A stretch of 64,000 bases of DNA from Candidatus Kerfeldbacteria bacterium (GTDB taxonomy: Bacteria; Patescibacteriota; Patescibacteriia; UBA10025; JAHIVO01): the NCBI GenBank assembly GCA_016214565.1, contig JACROE010000002.1, positions 472,007 to 536,006 on the forward strand. Direction: 5' to 3'. Below, in pieces: positions 61,901-64,000 of this stretch. Under the pieces are notes generated by a model. It made no database searches. It was not told the origin of the DNA and was given only the letters and a program-made list of their open reading frames with translations. Position 1 is the first letter of the stretch. Each line of letters starts with the position of its first letter. The translations under genes and the position numbers were made by a program.

Positions 61901-64000
61901 ACAATCGACAAGTTTAGGCAATCAGTGGACTATTAATCCGACATCAGCTTCAATTTCATACGTCGACGTGAACGATTCTAATAACACTGGGGCGGCGATT
62001 TGCGCCACGTTTTCGCAATCGACTAGTGATAACAATACAAATTGGGGCGTTTCCGCGGGAGCGACCTGTGGTATCGATATTGCCGGTACTTCCAACAGTT
62101 CCGGCGGCACGGTGCGGGTTGCAGTCAATACGTCATTACAAGCGCAAACTACGACGTTAGCCGCAAGCTGGACGATCACAGGCGTGACGGTTAATAATAC
62201 CGATATTGTCACAGTTTTTGTGGAAGGTGTGGATACCGCGGAAACGACTGGCGTGGCGCAATACGACGGTACGGGCAATATCGGCGGCATGGTGCTCAAT
62301 ACCAACGTGTTGAGTATTGGCAGCGATGATAACCAAACCATCGACCTGGCCGATCTTGATTTATTCAGCTGTTCGGACAACGAAAATGTGATGCATAGTG
62401 TGGCTGCGGGCGTGCTCGATATTGAGGGGACGGACGCCGGATGCGGCGCTAACCCGGCCAACAGCTATTCCGATGAAACGTTAAAAGCGACCGCATCAGA
62501 CCCGTTATCTATTGGCAACAGCCAGACTTTGAATTCGCATAACGTTACCATTGATGCCAGCGGATCAATTACGTCGGGGACCAGCGGTGTATTTGATGTG
62601 TCAGGAACATGGGATAACAACGGAACGTTTACCGCAAGCACGTCAACCGTCACGTTTAGTTCGGGTTCTACGGAAACAGTTGAAGCTGGCTCCTCCAGTT
62701 TTAATAACGTTGTGTTTGCAAATGCTTCGGGCAATTGGACGGTTCAAACAAACAATATGACAACCAACAACCTGACACTGACGTCGGGAACGTTCACTTT
62801 GGAATCCGGGCGCACGCTGGAGGTGCAGGGAAATTATTCCCAGGCAATTGTCGCGGCTAATACTACCTGGACTGGATCGACGCTCTACCTCAATGGCAGT
62901 GGGGGAATGTATGACATCAATACTAAGACGCACGGCGGTGATACCTATGCCACGCTGCGAGTGGGTGGTAGTGAAGACATTGCCATGTGGGATTCCAGCG
63001 CGGCGACGGCCTACACCATTGATGCGGGTGGCTGTCTTTTCTCCGAAGACCATAGTGGTTCAGCCGGGCGCTTGAATATCTATGGCACCTGCAATTCACG
63101 CGCTAACGAGTATTGGAGCTACACCACTGATTTTGATGGCGCAGCGGTGACGCGGCAAACTGACGTGCGTTTCGCCCCGAGCGCCACACTAACCGTAGAT
63201 AACGGTGATACGCTGGAAATTCTTGGGCAGAGCGCCGGCGCTAACCGATCGCTGGTCACGCGTGAGAGCACGGGCAACTATGGATTGACCGTCAGCGGTA
63301 CCATCAATGCGCAGTATTATGATTTTGATTATCTCAATGCCAGCGGGCTGAATCTGACCAGCACTGCCACGGTTACCGAATTATCCGATGGGTCATTTGA
63401 TAATAATGCCAGCGGTGCGTCATCAAGCTATTTGACCTTGACCAGTCTCACTTCGTCAAAGAGTTTATTCCGAATTGTTTTTGATGAGAGTGGCGACGGC
63501 ACTGACAGTAATGTCGTTTACAATATTAATGCCGATGGCAGTGGTATTGATTGGACAATGTTGCAATGGAGCGGTGGCAAAGGCGGTGAAGCCAATGATA
63601 ATGAGGTAAATAGCGCTTCGGTCAAATGGTTTTCTGATTTAACCTTAGCGGTGAGTGCTAATAGCATTGATCTCGGTGTGGTAAATCCATTGATAACCGG
63701 TAGTGGTAGCCACACTATTACGGTCACGTCTAATGCTCCGAGCGGCTACACCTGTCGCGCGGCGGAAGATGGCAATTTACGCAATGGCGCCAGCGACATT
63801 GATGATGTGATTGATGGCGCGGTGACGACGGGCAGCGAGGAGTATGGGATTAGCTGTACTGGCGCTGATTGTCAGTTGTCGGGGGACAACGCCTTGTCTG
63901 GTTCGCCATTAACGATTGCTACCTACAATACTACCGCGGTCGCTCGAGTGACCACGCTCTACTATAAGGCGGCGATTTCTTCAGCAACAGCGGGGTTATC
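55944..64000 (+). CDS. Giant Thr/Gly/Asn-rich surface protein (beta-helix/adhesin-like), 3' end beyond the window. At least 2,685 codons are open. Alternative in-frame starts are ATG 55893 or a GTG near 56130.
   Basis: An uninterrupted plus-strand frame from 55893 to the window end, judged from a continuous by-eye translation of the whole 8 kb that met no stop. The short minus-strand ORFs over this span are antisense shadow ORFs. N-terminal hydrophobic signal/anchor LGIIRVVGSVIGIIILQAIPVTSLMA, then W-x-G-T-x-W modules, then long T/G/S/N-rich repeats with internal duplications. Confidence 0.7.
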   Translation, partial: MFFLFKNISFWLIRPLKLLGGKFLASQEIHQTRITINFVEEQIRQTYFQIHRLGIIRVVGSVIGIIILQAIPVTSLMAIEAASNTNAVIETSMLSAEVFHLAQSDFAAGEDVPFSIEVAQKPILPIFNFGKVERVIDGMTLMTPSDDIELTLAANSTQANGRSAYEQYTIPHEYATAPGKYQLLVTTTEDGEQVTTERDFYWGVLVLNTDQDTYRPGDTAVFQMGAVDDVGVTVCDADMRLVVTAPDGQETTLTSAAGTIERSAECGPTTVTHAPDYRAVAPLTLTGTYQMALTAEYDGVTHTWDGTVDVTETAPFTIRRVGPSRIWPQAAYHMTLTVTPEADYQGMIREQVPGDFIITEVGEDGAYLEDEVTTSVEWQADWRAGETYHLSYTFDAPDISPALFTLGPLAIGNYQETRVWQIASDALAGTGILVYGEDGANSPSPRYRTWSGTDLGNEASAQADETVTVDVNHSIIECGTTRNECIRGDLNDAGHLDVQVWNGNTSAWGNGGSAPTNGDFTTGIGTTNDVYRAFDIAYEDTSGDGMVVYESSSTANGTIMYRTWDGTNWSAEQTLTYSGVSGYVAGVAFWVELEADYGSNNILLAFKDGTNNDVYAMRWDGTAWVNSGSDLYTLITAAGSITTKQDFDIAWEGTSGKGKIVYATGTTTGASTYTAGSGWAADSSPFNPALAVQWIRIAGSPNNNYIASMYNAVVSTTSADMYVDMWNGTDWTSVTTPAGDTDINNNGYAQPMDVAWEYGSSSDRALFVWRDGTTSELYVRYMVFDIAGHALGSNVFIAPDDDGAGTATCNLTGTASDDNVATGGLSAAENSNGPCSADVGMSWENEVSGIDLNADPSSRKIILLGEDLTLDLKPEVQLWNGTDAGTWLTQTANMSYELDLSTGATLSTSLPTKAYDFAFRRDDTVIISGTAYTSHTEGATLNSSGGAIKLVNSATGATNSDTDGTDGSGVWSIPNVPTPTNGNDLIIYIDGAATDGTLVLQYGASCTGTPSCTGLKLYQDAVVVRNEHTGLVTNQDLSGCDNDSGTNCADTEIGYTSNLSGTYNLTTSSGRELHIWTGDALDPGGTITTDATGGDVHVDDSATLDFDTATSTVGANLVIDASATANVIASTTVTGAAAGGVTVAGTLNQTSGTPTFTIGNGTDEDLTTNTGASVTLSSGTTVIKDDLVMNAGTVAVSDTMDHNDNTTGNIIDLNGGALTISGGTYTLGGDLEQDGGTATISTTFTLGGDLDVNTGTLDIDPSANVDFAGVFCTQVGAIVNLDGGTTDGTTASSSHFRFNGGTINLTGGTHQTASDAIVEFARNSGGVDCNSDGTLGNTTFNMSGGVMKSRAYLVYGSYTLTTTTVSGGTLQLGYGGTQASNILYNANSGSFQFYDVTVVASSSISSSQTYAFPIKNKFTINSAQDFNLNGEDLTVDGGWVNNGTMTTPSAGTVTLRGGQFTGSADSKFYNLTIDPSSPATVTIDTDVGADDPTVYAALTVAASDELAIEVNRTLLVDRTSGSVSLSGTISGAGRLTYQPAAAFPTGGTITSILRFDSEYNSQIMGARTYGGNVESYNNSVSTRTLTMGTAGGQTINVTGAFTVFDNFGGMTVTAATHDPTVNITGTFGPCTMVDGNPGFIADAGTWTASGDVNMTLCWGSSFTGSHTLLMDGSSKTLTSSLTSWQNFTATGTITLANANHTIKGNVVLTGSTITAGTSTINMTGTAHAITGAGQTLNNLTINPSSAGTITAQTSDFTVGGTLNVAVGDQFTINSGITVTHTGATLTLSGTMNGPGRLTYRSATAFPTTGTLASSLILKMDSTSTNQSMGQRTDYQKVEIDNSGTTAGRTVTVGTAGSQTITINSTLDLMNTGADPSTTVFQVNTWDPAFTVTGSVTIAANTTFEASSATTTNFGDDFSNSGTFTHNSGAIALTTTTAATIAGNTTFNNFSVTSIGAAKTINFTNGSTTTVSGTWTVTGAVGQLVTLQSTSLGNQWTINPTSASISYVDVNDSNNTGAAICATFSQSTSDNNTNWGVSAGATCGIDIAGTSNSSGGTVRVAVNTSLQAQTTTLAASWTITGVTVNNTDIVTVFVEGVDTAETTGVAQYDGTGNIGGMVLNTNVLSIGSDDNQTIDLADLDLFSCSDNENVMHSVAAGVLDIEGTDAGCGANPANSYSDETLKATASDPLSIGNSQTLNSHNVTIDASGSITSGTSGVFDVSGTWDNNGTFTASTSTVTFSSGSTETVEAGSSSFNNVVFANASGNWTVQTNNMTTNNLTLTSGTFTLESGRTLEVQGNYSQAIVAANTTWTGSTLYLNGSGGMYDINTKTHGGDTYATLRVGGSEDIAMWDSSAATAYTIDAGGCLFSEDHSGSAGRLNIYGTCNSRANEYWSYTTDFDGAAVTRQTDVRFAPSATLTVDNGDTLEILGQSAGANRSLVTRESTGNYGLTVSGTINAQYYDFDYLNASGLNLTSTATVTELSDGSFDNNASGASSSYLTLTSLTSSKSLFRIVFDESGDGTDSNVVYNINADGSGIDWTMLQWSGGKGGEANDNEVNSASVKWFSDLTLAVSANSIDLGVVNPLITGSGSHTITVTSNAPSGYTCRAAEDGNLRNGASDIDDVIDGAVTTGSEEYGISCTGADCQLSGDNALSGSPLTIATYNTTAVARVTTLYYKAAISSATAGL

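Noticed and set aside
56093-63727. About 25 minus-strand ORFs of 60-180 aa listed in the ORF track across 56-64 kb
   Set aside because: They all lie antisense to one continuous plus-strand frame that stays open for more than 8 kb. They have biased Ser/Thr/Pro/Val composition typical of shadow ORFs opposite a GC3-rich Thr/Gly-rich gene, and no RBS or terminator support.

Overview
Gene-dense 64 kb window (about 50% GC) that reads like a reduced-genome Candidate Phyla Radiation / Patescibacteria-type bacterium. The points supporting that are listed here; the taxonomy itself is inference from these traits, not a database result.

- A 23S-5S rRNA locus with no 16S nearby.
- Housekeeping genes: polA-holA, rpsT, ssb, galU, msrA, msrB, pyrC/pyrK-like/pyrD, a sugar-phosphate kinase cluster, an ABC exporter and ACP.
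- Many small secreted or membrane proteins.

The main items for follow-up:

- A minus-strand operon galU -> sugar-type solute-binding protein -> three paralogous VirB2/TrbC-like pilin-type proteins. One of these is fused to a large Cys-rich 'GCC'-repeat ectodomain.
- A giant (>2,680 aa, runs off the window end) Thr/Gly-rich surface-protein gene on the plus strand from about 55.9 kb. It is absent from the supplied ORF track and lies behind a perfect consensus sigma70 promoter. It contains six W-x-G-T-x-W modules with about a 55 aa period and internal module duplications of about 250 aa.
- A membrane-anchored tandem cytochrome-b5-domain protein.
- An EndoQ-like PHP nuclease plus methyltransferase pair next to tRNA-Ser, which carries an adjacent duplicated tRNA 3'-end fragment.
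- A cytidylyltransferase::VanX-like dipeptidase fusion.
- A triple lamin-tail-domain/PKD surface protein next to ssb.
- A low-GC islet of small membrane proteins next to tRNA-Leu.

All product calls rest on motifs read by eye. No searches were run.
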